32,000 bases of DNA from Sinorhizobium meliloti (GTDB lineage: Bacteria; Pseudomonadota; Alphaproteobacteria; Rhizobiales; Rhizobiaceae): NCBI RefSeq assembly GCF_017876815.1, contig NZ_JAGIOS010000002.1:1020001-1052000 (forward strand). Direction: 5' to 3'. Under the pieces are notes generated by a model, which had not been told where the DNA came from, searched no databases, and saw only the letters and a list, made by a program, of their open reading frames with translations. Below, piece after piece: positions 15,648-23,296 of the stretch. Within the stretch, counting starts at the first letter, position 1; every line of letters begins with the position of its first letter. The translations under genes were made by a program, and so were the position numbers.

Positions 15648-16199
15648 CTAATCGCCCGATCGGACCTTCTGGTCCTCGAGCCGATTGAGGACCTCTTCGG
15701 GCGTGATCTCCTTGGTGAGTTCACGGATGTCCTCTTCACCGTCCACCTTCACGCCCAGCCGGGCGGCTATCTCACGAAGAAGCGTGAGCAGTTGCGTCGC
15801 CTCCTGCTCGGCAAGGAGCGAAATCTGCAGATTGAGGTCGGAGCGCTCGTCGTCCCTCTCGGCCATCCGGTTCTGGCTGATCAGAACGAAGGTGGAAATG
15901 AAGATCGCCTCCACCGAAGCAACCATGGCGAGGACGGCGAAGGTCGGGTCGAACACCGGTATGCCGGGAACCAGCTCGAGGTTTAGAGCGATCCAGGCGC
16001 CGAACGCCAGGACGTGCAAACCGACGAACGTCATGGAGCCTGCGAAGTTCGTGATTGCCTGGGCGACCCTGTCGTGCGCCCTCCGCCCGCGTTCGTCTTC
16101 CTCGCGCCGCTTCAGGATGGCGTTGATGTTGCGCTCGAGTCTCGGCATGGTTCGAGCGGCGGACGCTCTTTCCTCGGCGCTGTTCCTTCTCGATGCCAT
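15648..16199 (-). CDS. DUF1003 family integral membrane protein, 183 aa
   Basis: FAGSMTFVGLHVLAFGAWIALN...FDPTFAVLAMVASVEAIFISTFVLISQNR matches the DUF1003 signature (two TM helices followed by QNR). I take the start at ATG 16199; an alternative ATG exists at 16148. Confidence 0.78.
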   Translation of the reverse strand: MASRRNSAEERASAARTMPRLERNINAILKRREEDERGRRAHDRVAQAITNFAGSMTFVGLHVLAFGAWIALNLELVPGIPVFDPTFAVLAMVASVEAIFISTFVLISQNRMAERDDERSDLNLQISLLAEQEATQLLTLLREIAARLGVKVDGEEDIRELTKEITPEEVLNRLEDQKVRSGD

Positions 16200-16251
16200 T
16201 CGAACACTCGCGACACATTGTGGGCCGCCTTGTTGCCGGCGGCTACCGGCA

Positions 16252-16276
16252 AACACGTCAGGCTCCGCAAAGTTCC
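16252..16276 (-). promoter_or_regulatory. EcfG/RpoE2-type ECF sigma promoter candidate for the DUF1003 gene
   Basis: The minus strand reads GGAAC-TTTGCGGAGCCTGACGT-GTT and ends 52 nt before ATG 16199. Confidence 0.4.
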
Positions 16277-16330
16277 GCGCGAGAAGGACGAGGCGGAAGC
16301 TCCCAGGCCAGCGGCCGGGGCCAAGGCTCA

Positions 16331-16780
16331 TCACCCGGTACGGCCGTGCCATGGGTCGGGCCCCGGGTCGCGTCCTGCGGCGACTTCCGAAAGCCGATCG
16401 AGATAGTGGGCCCAACCTTCGGCATGGCCGGCACATTGCTCGGCATTGGGCAGGCCCGAGTGGGTCAGCCGAACCAGCGTTCCATCCGGCTGCTCGATCA
16501 GGTCGATCTCGACCAGGCTCGAGCCAGGCGGCACGACATCGCTGTCGTCCCACCCGAAGCTGTAAGCCAGGCGGTGCACCGGCACCACCTCGCGGAAGGA
16601 GCCGCGGGCGAAGCGGGCCCCGGTTACATTGACGAGATAAAGCCCCTCGGGCTTCGGCTCGACATCGGCCTCCGTTCCCATCCAGCGCAGGATCTTCTCC
16701 GGGTCGGTAAGCAGGGCGAACACTGCCGCGGGCGGTGCCGAGACATGCGTTTCGCGGCGGACGACGAGACCTTCTTGCAT
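16331..16780 (-). CDS. SRPBCC-superfamily (AHSA1/START-like) protein, 149 aa
   Basis: ATG 16780 has GGGGAG 5 nt upstream. VSAPPAAVFALLTDPEKILRWMG...LAYSFGW...LTHSGL is typical of the Aha1-like SRPBCC family. Confidence 0.82.
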   Translation of the reverse strand: MQEGLVVRRETHVSAPPAAVFALLTDPEKILRWMGTEADVEPKPEGLYLVNVTGARFARGSFREVVPVHRLAYSFGWDDSDVVPPGSSLVEIDLIEQPDGTLVRLTHSGLPNAEQCAGHAEGWAHYLDRLSEVAAGRDPGPDPWHGRTG

Positions 16781-16960
16781 CGGACTCCCCTTCGGTTGCC
16801 ATCGAGCGCCGGCGAGAAGGACGGCCGCGCCGGACCGGACGGAACGATCATATCCCGACGGGAGCGCCCGCGCCACTGCCCGCGGAGCCGGGGCGATTCG
16901 ATCAGTACCGCGAGCCGAGATCGGTTCACACATTTCCTGCAACTGCTCTATGATCAAGGC

Positions 16961-18019
16961 ATGGACCTGCCCGCACCCCTCGCATGGCTTCTGGACGAGG
17001 CCGGTACCTCGTCCGGCCCCGACCCGTTCCTGGCAGAGCTTGGAACCCGGCTCCTCGCCGACGGCCTTCCGCTGGCCGGCGGTGCCCTGACTCTGGCGGT
17101 GCCGCATCCGATCATCGCGCGTCGCACCTGGCTTTGGCGGGCGGAGGACGGTGCGGTCATCGAGGCGCTCGGCTTTGCCGAAGGGCCGGTCGACCACGCC
17201 GGGCGCGACTGGCTGGCAGGGTTCGGTTCGGTGCAGGAGGACGTGGTCGGCCAGACGGCAGAGAATGTGGTGCTGGGCTGGGCCGGGACGCGGCGGTTCG
17301 ATCCGGCCGAGGTCGCGCGGTTGCGGCAGACCGCCCGCTTCGCAGCGGCGCCCTTGGCCGTCCTGGCCGAGCGAGCGACTCGCGCGGCGCTGCTCGAAGC
17401 CTATCTCGGCCGCCGCAGTGCTGCCCGCGTGCAGGCCGGCGCGCTGAGTCGCGGCACCGGAGAGAGCATCCGGGCGGCGCTGCTCTATGCCGACTTGCGC
17501 AACTTCACCGGCCTTTCCGAGGAACATGAGCCGGCACGCGTGATCGCGGCGCTCAACGACTGGTTCGACCGGCTTGCAGGAGCGATACACGCCTTCGGCG
17601 GCGAGGTGCTCAAATTCATCGGCGATGGCGTGCTGGCGATTTTCCCGGTCAACGATTTGCCGGCGGAGGCCTGCGACCGGGCGCTGCGCGCGGTCGTTGC
17701 CGCCCGCGCGGGCATGGCGCATCTCGAGGGTCTGCGCCATGAACAGGAACTGCCGCCGTTGCGCTTCGGCGCGGCGCTGCATCTTGGGGAGATACTGTGG
17801 GGCAATGTCGGATCGATCGATCGGCTGGACTTCACCGCCATCGGTCCGGCCGTAAACCTGGTGAGCCGGCTGGAGGGACTGTGCCGGCCGCTCGGGCGAT
17901 CGGTGCTGATTTCGGGCGCGCTTGCCGCCGAGACCAGAACCCCACTGGTGCCGCTGGGCGAACACGCGCTGCGCGGCATTGCGGCGCCCTGCGCCGTCTT
18001 TACCCTGCCGGAAACCTGA
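16961..18019 (+). CDS. Class III adenylate/guanylate cyclase with an uncharacterised ~170-aa N-terminal domain, 352 aa
   Basis: It has the cyclase motifs LLYADLRNFTGLSE, LKFIGDGVLAIF and GNVGSIDRLDFTAIGPAVNLVSRLE. ATG 16961 is the first in-frame ATG after the divergent intergenic region. Confidence 0.82.
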   Translation: MDLPAPLAWLLDEAGTSSGPDPFLAELGTRLLADGLPLAGGALTLAVPHPIIARRTWLWRAEDGAVIEALGFAEGPVDHAGRDWLAGFGSVQEDVVGQTAENVVLGWAGTRRFDPAEVARLRQTARFAAAPLAVLAERATRAALLEAYLGRRSAARVQAGALSRGTGESIRAALLYADLRNFTGLSEEHEPARVIAALNDWFDRLAGAIHAFGGEVLKFIGDGVLAIFPVNDLPAEACDRALRAVVAARAGMAHLEGLRHEQELPPLRFGAALHLGEILWGNVGSIDRLDFTAIGPAVNLVSRLEGLCRPLGRSVLISGALAAETRTPLVPLGEHALRGIAAPCAVFTLPET

Positions 18020-18101
18020 AAGATTATCGGCAAAACGGCCTGAAATCCGCGAAACATGCGGAGGAGACCGTTGATCCCATCGTCGCGGAGAAGTATTTCT
18101 T

Positions 18102-18111
18102 TTGTCGACAA
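18102..18111. promoter_or_regulatory. GntR-type operator candidate, perfect palindrome TTGTCGACAA (autoregulatory site at hypR)
   Basis: The 10-bp palindrome abuts the hypR Shine-Dalgarno sequence and recurs identically at 18849-18858. It matches the TTGT-NN-ACAA style of FadR/GntR operators. Confidence 0.5.
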
Positions 18112-18123
18112 GAAGGAGACCGC

Positions 18124-18834
18124 ATGACCAACAAGGATACGGACACCAATTCAGCTCCCGAACGCAAGCGCGGTTCCGGCGTGAAGATGGTCTATGACCT
18201 CTTGCGGGACGAAATCCTCGATCTGGTTCTGCCGCCGGGCTGTCCGATCGACGAGGTGCAGCTCGCCGAACGGTTCAAGATGTCGCGCACGCCGATCCGT
18301 GAAGCGCTGGTTCGGTTGGCGGGAGAGGGGCTGATCGCTACGCTGCCCAACAGATCGACGATGGTGTCGAATATCGATTTCCTGAACCTGCACACCTTCT
18401 TCGACGCGCTGGTGCTGATGTATCGCGTCACGACGCGCCTGGCGGCCGAACACCACCGATCGGATGATCTCGAGGTGATCCGCGCCCGCCAGGCGGAATT
18501 CGCCGCAGCGGTCCAGGCGCAGGATGCGCTGGCGATGATCGCCACCAATGCCGCCTTCCATTCGGCCATCGCCGAGGCAGGCCGAAATCCCTATTTCATA
18601 GGCCTGTTCAACAGGCTTCTCGACGAGGGGCGACGGATCCTCAGGCTCTATTATCAGTCCTATAACGACCGGCTGCCGCAGCGCTTCGTCGACGAGCACG
18701 AGGATATGATCGCCGTCATCGCCGCGCGAGACGCCGAGGCAGCCGATCGGCTGGCGCGCGCTCATGCCGAACAAATCGTCGAGCAAATTCAAAAGCTTTT
18801 TGCCCGTAATGACCGGCTCGAAATTGCTCTGTGA
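18124..18834 (+). CDS. hypR: GntR-family (FadR subfamily) transcriptional regulator of hydroxyproline catabolism, 236 aa
   Basis: AAGGAG lies 7 nt upstream of ATG 18124. The wHTH is LAERFKMSRTPIREALVRLAGEGLI and the C-terminus is an all-helical FCD-type domain. Its position at the head of the hyp locus supports the call. Confidence 0.85.
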   Translation: MTNKDTDTNSAPERKRGSGVKMVYDLLRDEILDLVLPPGCPIDEVQLAERFKMSRTPIREALVRLAGEGLIATLPNRSTMVSNIDFLNLHTFFDALVLMYRVTTRLAAEHHRSDDLEVIRARQAEFAAAVQAQDALAMIATNAAFHSAIAEAGRNPYFIGLFNRLLDEGRRILRLYYQSYNDRLPQRFVDEHEDMIAVIAARDAEAADRLARAHAEQIVEQIQKLFARNDRLEIAL

Positions 18835-18848
18835 TCTTAGGATTATTT

Positions 18849-18858
18849 TTGTCGACAA
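18849..18858. promoter_or_regulatory. GntR-type operator candidate TTGTCGACAA upstream of hypD
   Basis: This is the second identical copy of the palindrome, in the AT-rich hypR-hypD spacer about 100 nt upstream of ATG 18955. Confidence 0.5.
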
Positions 18859-18860
18859 AT

Positions 18861-18879
18861 AAAATACAAATGGTATTTT
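18861..18879. promoter_or_regulatory. AT-rich inverted repeat AAAATAC-AAATG-GTATTTT (ATAC-N5-GTAT class)
   Basis: It is a perfect 7-bp inverted repeat. The ATAC-N5-GTAT core recurs at 21511-21523 and 23299-23311 in the other hyp promoter regions. Confidence 0.35.
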
Positions 18880-18954
18880 CATCCCGAAGCACAGACAGAG
18901 TTGCCGGCTATGGCGTCATGTCTCTGCCATCCGACAGGCCAAAAGGAGTTTGAA

Positions 18955-19917
18955 ATGAAGGCCAAGATTTTTTCGGGCGTGATCCCAGCCCTGATGACCC
19001 CTTGCAGAAAAGACCGCACGCCCGACTTCGATGCCCTCGTCCGCAAGGGCAAGGCGTTGATTGCCGATGGCATGTCGGCAGTCGTCTATTGCGGTTCGAT
19101 GGGCGACTGGCCGCTCCTGACCGACGCGCAGCGCATGGAAGGCGTGGAGCGTCTGGTAAAGGCGGGCGTCCCCGTCATCGTCGGCACCGGTGCCGTCAAC
19201 ACCGCCTTGGCCGCCGCGCATGCGGCGCATGCCCAGAAGGTCGGAGCACAGGGCCTGATGGTAATCCCGCGCGTCTTGTCGCGCGGTCCCTCGATCGTGG
19301 CGCAGAAGGCGCATTTCAAGGCAATACTGGCTGCCGCGCCGGATCTGCCCTCGGTGATCTACAACAGCCCCTATTACGGGTTCGCCACACGGGCCGACCT
19401 CTTCTTCGCGCTGCGTGCGGAGCATCCGAACCTCGTCGGCTTCAAAGAGTTCGGCGGCAATGCCGACATGCGCTACGCGGCCGAGCACATCACCAGCCGT
19501 GACGACGGCGTCTCGCTGATGATCGGCGTCGATACGGCCGTTTTCCACGGTTTCGTGAACTGCGGCGCGACCGGCGCCATCACGGGTATCGGCAACGTAC
19601 TGCCGAAGGAAGTGATTCACCTCTGCAACCTGTCCAGGGCCGCAGCCGCCGGCGATGTCGATGCACGCCAGCGTGCGCAGGAGCTCGAGCAGGCGCTTGC
19701 CGTGCTTTCCTCCTTCGATGAAGGGCCGGACCTCGTCCTCTATTTCAAGCACATGATGGTGCTGAAGGGAGACAAGGAATACACGCTCCACTTCAACGAG
19801 ACCGACGCGCTGACCGAAAGCCAGCGCGGCTATGTCGAGGCGCAGTTCAAGATCTTCAACACCTGGTATGCCGAGTGGAGCAAGCTCCCGGGCGCCGTCG
19901 AGAAGTACAAGGCCTGA
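18955..19917 (+). CDS. hypD: Delta1-pyrroline-4-hydroxy-2-carboxylate deaminase (DapA/DHDPS family), 320 aa
   Basis: AAAGGAG lies 7 nt upstream of ATG 18955. It has the DHDPS-family fold motifs (VIPALMTP, VIVGTG, and the Schiff-base Lys in GFKEFGG) in the hyp-locus context. Confidence 0.88.
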   Translation: MKAKIFSGVIPALMTPCRKDRTPDFDALVRKGKALIADGMSAVVYCGSMGDWPLLTDAQRMEGVERLVKAGVPVIVGTGAVNTALAAAHAAHAQKVGAQGLMVIPRVLSRGPSIVAQKAHFKAILAAAPDLPSVIYNSPYYGFATRADLFFALRAEHPNLVGFKEFGGNADMRYAAEHITSRDDGVSLMIGVDTAVFHGFVNCGATGAITGIGNVLPKEVIHLCNLSRAAAAGDVDARQRAQELEQALAVLSSFDEGPDLVLYFKHMMVLKGDKEYTLHFNETDALTESQRGYVEAQFKIFNTWYAEWSKLPGAVEKYKA

Positions 19918-19930
19918 TCGGGCCGGAGAC

Positions 19931-19966
19931 GGAGGAGGCTCTCCATCAGGAGGGCCTCTTCCGTTT
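19931..19966 (+). terminator. Intrinsic terminator candidate after hypD
   Basis: A 14-bp stem pairs 19931-19944 (GGAGGAGGCTCTCC) with 19949-19962 (GGAGGGCCTCTTCC), including two G-U pairs on the plus-strand RNA. The loop is the tetraloop ATCA, followed by GTTT. The wobble pairs become A-C mismatches on the other strand, so the hairpin is plus-strand specific. Confidence 0.5.
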
Positions 19967-20357
19967 ACCGCACGGCGGCAGCGGGGCCAAGCGCCACCCA
20001 CAAGAGCAGAGCTGCCAGCAGGACCCATATTGAAATGACCGCCACGAGCCCGGCCCGGCTCACCGGCCGCTCGGTGTGTTTCATTGCTGCGGCGCGCAGG
20101 TCCGCAAGGACGTCGACTGGGATGAGCTTCAGCACGACGATGATGCCGACGGGAACGATGATCAGGTCGTCGAGATAGCCGAGGACCGGGATGAAGTCGG
20201 GTATCAGGTCGATCGGCGACAATGCATAGGCCGCGACCGCGCCTGCCGCCAGCTTCGCATACCAGGGCACACGGCGGTCACGCGCCGCCAGCCACAGGAC
20301 GACGACGTCTCGCCTGATGCCCCTTGCCCATCGGCGTGCCCGGTCCAGCCACTTCAC
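19965..20357 (-). CDS. DUF1232 (YkvA-like) small membrane protein, 130 aa
   Basis: PWYAKLAAGAVAAYALSPIDLIPDFIPVLGYLDDLIIV is the DUF1232 signature. The start is GTG at 20357. Confidence 0.78.
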   Translation of the reverse strand: MKWLDRARRWARGIRRDVVVLWLAARDRRVPWYAKLAAGAVAAYALSPIDLIPDFIPVLGYLDDLIIVPVGIIVVLKLIPVDVLADLRAAAMKHTERPVSRAGLVAVISIWVLLAALLLWVALGPAAAVR

Positions 20358-20374
20358 GTCTGAATTCCCCGCAT

Positions 20375-20399
20375 CCCTCCTGTGCCTTTCACAGGAGGG
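20375..20399 (-). terminator. Perfect 10-bp stem-loop downstream of the Ldh_2 reductase gene
   Basis: CCCTCCTGTG-CCTTT-CACAGGAGGG lies 22 nt after the stop at 20421. No U-tract follows, so it may be a processing or stability element rather than a classical terminator. Confidence 0.4.
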
Positions 20400-20420
20400 C
20401 GAAAGAGTGCCCGCTGGGGA

Positions 20421-21458
20421 TCACGCCACGGCGTCGAGCCCGAGCGCAAGCAGCCGGTCGAGCTGCTCGATCTCGGCCGCGCTCAGCGTGATGCCCTCGG
20501 CCTCCGACTTCGCTCGGGCGGCAAAGCGGCGCTGCGAAGGCAGGCGGGCGCCCTGGCCGACGATCGCTTCGAACAGCAGCTCCGCCCGGTCGAAGGGGTC
20601 GCCTGGACGACCGGCGGCGAAAGCCTGCGGGGAGAAGGCGACGATGAGTTCGCCGTGGAAGGGGGCGAGCGTCGTGGTGCCTAGATAGTCGAGCACTTCG
20701 GGGCTGGTCAGGTCGCCGATCATGATGCCCGCCAGCAGCTCGATCATCGTGCCGATGGCCGAGCCCTTGTGTCCGCCGAAGGGCAGCATGGCGCCCGCGA
20801 GCGCCGCCTCCGGGTCGGTGGTCGGATTGCCTTGCGCATCGATGGCCCAGCCTTCGGGCAGCGGTTTGCCCGCCCGGCGGTGCAGCTCGATCTCGCCCCG
20901 TGCCGCCACCGATGTCGCGAAGTCGAAGACGTAGGGCGGCTTGCCCGCGCGCGGCCAGCCAAAGGCGAAGGGATTGGTGCCGAGCAACGGCTTGTTGCCG
21001 CCGGTCGGTGCGACCGTGGCATAGCTCGGGCACATGACGAGTCCGGCAAGCCCTTCTCCCGTGAGCGCCTCCGCTTCCGGCCAGAGCGCCGAAAAATGCG
21101 TGCAGTCGTTGATGGCGAGTGCGGCGATGCCGTGCTTGCGGGCACGCTCGGCAAGCACCGGCAGACCGAGTTCGAAGGCGGGATTGGCGAAACCGCCCCC
21201 GGCATTCACCTTGACGATCGCCGAGGCTTCCTGCGCGACGATTTCCGGCTCGGCGTCCGGCTTGACCTTGCCAGCCTTGACCGTGCGCAGCGCGCCCTCG
21301 ATCCGGTAGATGCCGTGCGACTTGCAGGCATCGCGTTCGCCGGCAACGATCACCCGGGCGAGAGCGCCCGCCTGGACCACGTTAAGGCCGCCCTTGCGGA
21401 AGATCGCCTCGACGCGCTCCTGAAGCGCGGTGGTCGTCAGGGTGGTTGTCTCGCTCAT
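20421..21458 (-). CDS. Ldh_2-family (malate/L-lactate dehydrogenase type 2) oxidoreductase; likely Delta1-pyrroline-2-carboxylate reductase, 345 aa
   Basis: It has the family motifs SHGIYRI, NDCTHFSALW, GTNPFAFGWP and FGGHKGSAIG. Members of this family reduce Pyr2C/Pip2C (DpkA/LhpD type). The gene is divergent from hypH inside the hyp locus. Confidence 0.8.
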   Translation of the reverse strand: MSETTTLTTTALQERVEAIFRKGGLNVVQAGALARVIVAGERDACKSHGIYRIEGALRTVKAGKVKPDAEPEIVAQEASAIVKVNAGGGFANPAFELGLPVLAERARKHGIAALAINDCTHFSALWPEAEALTGEGLAGLVMCPSYATVAPTGGNKPLLGTNPFAFGWPRAGKPPYVFDFATSVAARGEIELHRRAGKPLPEGWAIDAQGNPTTDPEAALAGAMLPFGGHKGSAIGTMIELLAGIMIGDLTSPEVLDYLGTTTLAPFHGELIVAFSPQAFAAGRPGDPFDRAELLFEAIVGQGARLPSQRRFAARAKSEAEGITLSAAEIEQLDRLLALGLDAVA

Positions 21459-21510
21459 GTCGTCTCTCTCATTCTAGGCCTGATTCAGGGGCACGCGGTT
21501 GATGTTCTGC

Positions 21511-21527
21511 ATACATAGAGTATACAA
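21511..21527. promoter_or_regulatory. Operator candidate ATAC-ATAGA-GTATACAA in the divergent reductase/hypH promoter region
   Basis: It contains both the ATAC-N5-GTAT inverted repeat and GAGTATACAA, a TTGT-NN-ACAA-like palindrome. A second GTATAC lies at 21563-21568. Confidence 0.4.
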
Positions 21528-21700
21528 ACCCCCGGTAAGTTCAATTCGTCTGTTCGCGCAAGGTATACGGTTCCGCAACGGGCGAGGAGAGTGTATGCGA
21601 ATTTCCGCCGGCAATCCCGCTTCGTTACGGGAATCGACGCGTTTTATGATCTTGTGCCGAATCGACCAGGATCATCGTGATCCAGAGAAAGGAAAGTCAG

Positions 21701-23218
21701 ATGATTTTCACCCCCAAAGGAAAACACCTCGTCGCGGGCGAATGGCTCGATGGGGCAGGCACCTTCGCTTCGGCGCCGGCGCATGGCCCGGCGCATGATT
21801 TTGCCGTAGGCACCGTAGAGCTGGTGAACCGGGCCTGCGAGGCGGCTGAGGAAGCCTTCTGGACCTATGGCTATTCCTCGCGCAAGGAGCGCGCCGCCTT
21901 CCTGCGCGCCATCGCCGACGAGATCGAGGCCCGGGCGGAGGCGATTACCGAGATCGGCAGCCAGGAAACCGGCCTGCCCGAGGCGCGGCTCAACGGCGAA
22001 CGGGGCCGCACGACCGGCCAGCTCAGGCTCTTTGCCGATCATATCGAAAAGGGTGATTATCTCGACCGGCGCGTCGATGCGGCGATGCCCGAGCGCCAGC
22101 CGGCGCCCCGTCAGGAGATACGGCTGGTCCAGCGCCCCGTCGGTCCGGTCGCCGTCTTCGGCGCCTCGAATTTCCCGCTGGCCTTTTCGACCGCCGGCGG
22201 CGATACGGCCGCGGCGCTCGCAGCCGGCTGCCCGGTCGTGGTAAAGGGTCATTCGGCGCATCCCGGCACCGGCGAGATCGTCGCCGAGGCCGTCGACGCA
22301 GCGATCCGCAAGACGGGTGTTCATCCCGGCGTATTCTCGCTGATCCAGGGCGGCAGCCGCGACGTCGGTCATGCGCTGGTGCAGCATCCCCATATCAAGG
22401 CCGTAGGCTTCACCGGTTCGCTCGCCGGCGGACGTGCCCTGTTCGATCTTTGCGCGGCGCGCCCCGAACCGATCCCGTTCTTCGGCGAACTCGGTTCGGT
22501 CAACCCGATGTTCCTGCTGCCGGAAGCGTTGAAGGCACGGGCGGAAACGCTGGGGCAGGGATGGGCCGGTTCGCTCACCATGGGCGCCGGGCAGTTCTGC
22601 ACCAATCCCGGAATCGCCGTCGTCATCGAAGGTGCGGACGCCGACCGCTTCACCACCGCCGCCGTCGAGGCGCTTGCCAAGGTGGCACCGCAAACCATGC
22701 TGACGGACGGTATCGCCAAGGCCTACCGCGACGGTCAGGCGCGCTTTGCGACGCGCAACGCCGTCAAACCGCTGCTTGCGACCGAGTCGTCCGGCCGTGA
22801 CGCATCGCCCAATCTCTTCGAGACGACGGGTGCCCAGTTCCTGGCCGACCATGCGCTCGGCGAAGAAGTGTTCGGCCCGCTTGGACTGGTGGTTCGGGTG
22901 GGATCGCCGGCCGAAATGGAAGAGCTCGCGCGCGGCTTCCAGGGCCAGCTGACCGCAACCATCCATATGGATGCGGGCGATCTGGAGACGGCGCGCCGTC
23001 TGCGTCCGGTGCTCGAGCGCAAGGCGGGCCGGGTGCTGGTCAACGGCTTCCCGACCGGGGTTGAAGTCGTGGATTCGATGGTGCATGGAGGCCCCTATCC
23101 AGCCTCGACCAACTTCGGCGCAACCAGCGTCGGCACCATGTCGATTCGACGTTTCCTGCGTCCCGTCGCTTACCAGAACATGCCGGAAGACCTGCTGCCC
23201 GAGGACTTCCTCGGCTGA
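21701..23218 (+). CDS. hypH: alpha-Ketoglutarate semialdehyde dehydrogenase (aldehyde dehydrogenase superfamily), 505 aa
   Basis: ATG 21701 has AAAGGAAAG upstream; the track start at 21677 is a GTG. It has FGELGSVNP and the catalytic-Cys block GAGQFCTNPG, typical of KGSADH. Confidence 0.88.
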   Translation: MIFTPKGKHLVAGEWLDGAGTFASAPAHGPAHDFAVGTVELVNRACEAAEEAFWTYGYSSRKERAAFLRAIADEIEARAEAITEIGSQETGLPEARLNGERGRTTGQLRLFADHIEKGDYLDRRVDAAMPERQPAPRQEIRLVQRPVGPVAVFGASNFPLAFSTAGGDTAAALAAGCPVVVKGHSAHPGTGEIVAEAVDAAIRKTGVHPGVFSLIQGGSRDVGHALVQHPHIKAVGFTGSLAGGRALFDLCAARPEPIPFFGELGSVNPMFLLPEALKARAETLGQGWAGSLTMGAGQFCTNPGIAVVIEGADADRFTTAAVEALAKVAPQTMLTDGIAKAYRDGQARFATRNAVKPLLATESSGRDASPNLFETTGAQFLADHALGEEVFGPLGLVVRVGSPAEMEELARGFQGQLTATIHMDAGDLETARRLRPVLERKAGRVLVNGFPTGVEVVDSMVHGGPYPASTNFGATSVGTMSIRRFLRPVAYQNMPEDLLPEDFLG

Positions 23219-23240
23219 TCCAGCCTCCCGGCCGCGCAAT

Positions 23241-23275
23241 AAAAGGGGCTTTTCCACAAGGGAAAGCCCCTTTCC
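23241..23275 (+). terminator. Rho-independent terminator after hypH
   Basis: AAAGGGGCTTT (23242-23252) pairs with AAAGCCCCTTT (23263-23273). The stem is flanked by an A-tract and a T-tract, starts 23 nt after the stop, and is followed by a very AT-rich promoter region. Confidence 0.65.
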
Positions 23276-23296
23276 ATTGCGAAAAGGCGCCCTGTT

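Noticed and set aside
16841-16865. GGAAC on the plus strand upstream of the adenylate cyclase gene
   Set aside because: The sequence 17 nt downstream is AGC, not GTT/ATT, so there is no -10 element. I treat it as a chance pentamer.
20354-20374. Six-codon mini-ORF (ATG CGG GGA ATT CAG ACG TGA) whose stop overlaps the DUF1232 GTG start, considered as a possible leader peptide
   Set aside because: The only SD-like sequence (AGGAGGG) abuts the ATG with essentially no spacing and is sequestered in the hairpin stem. Nothing else supports translation.
21644-23257. Long antisense ORFs: 537 aa here, 669 aa at 25548..27557, 617 aa at 28306..30159, 538 aa at 23387..25003, 312 aa at 9987..10925 and 370 aa at 18916..20028
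   Set aside because: All lie opposite genes with clear family motifs. Their translations are Arg/Gly/Ala/Pro-rich with no recognisable domains. This is the usual stop-codon-poor antisense frame of high-GC DNA.
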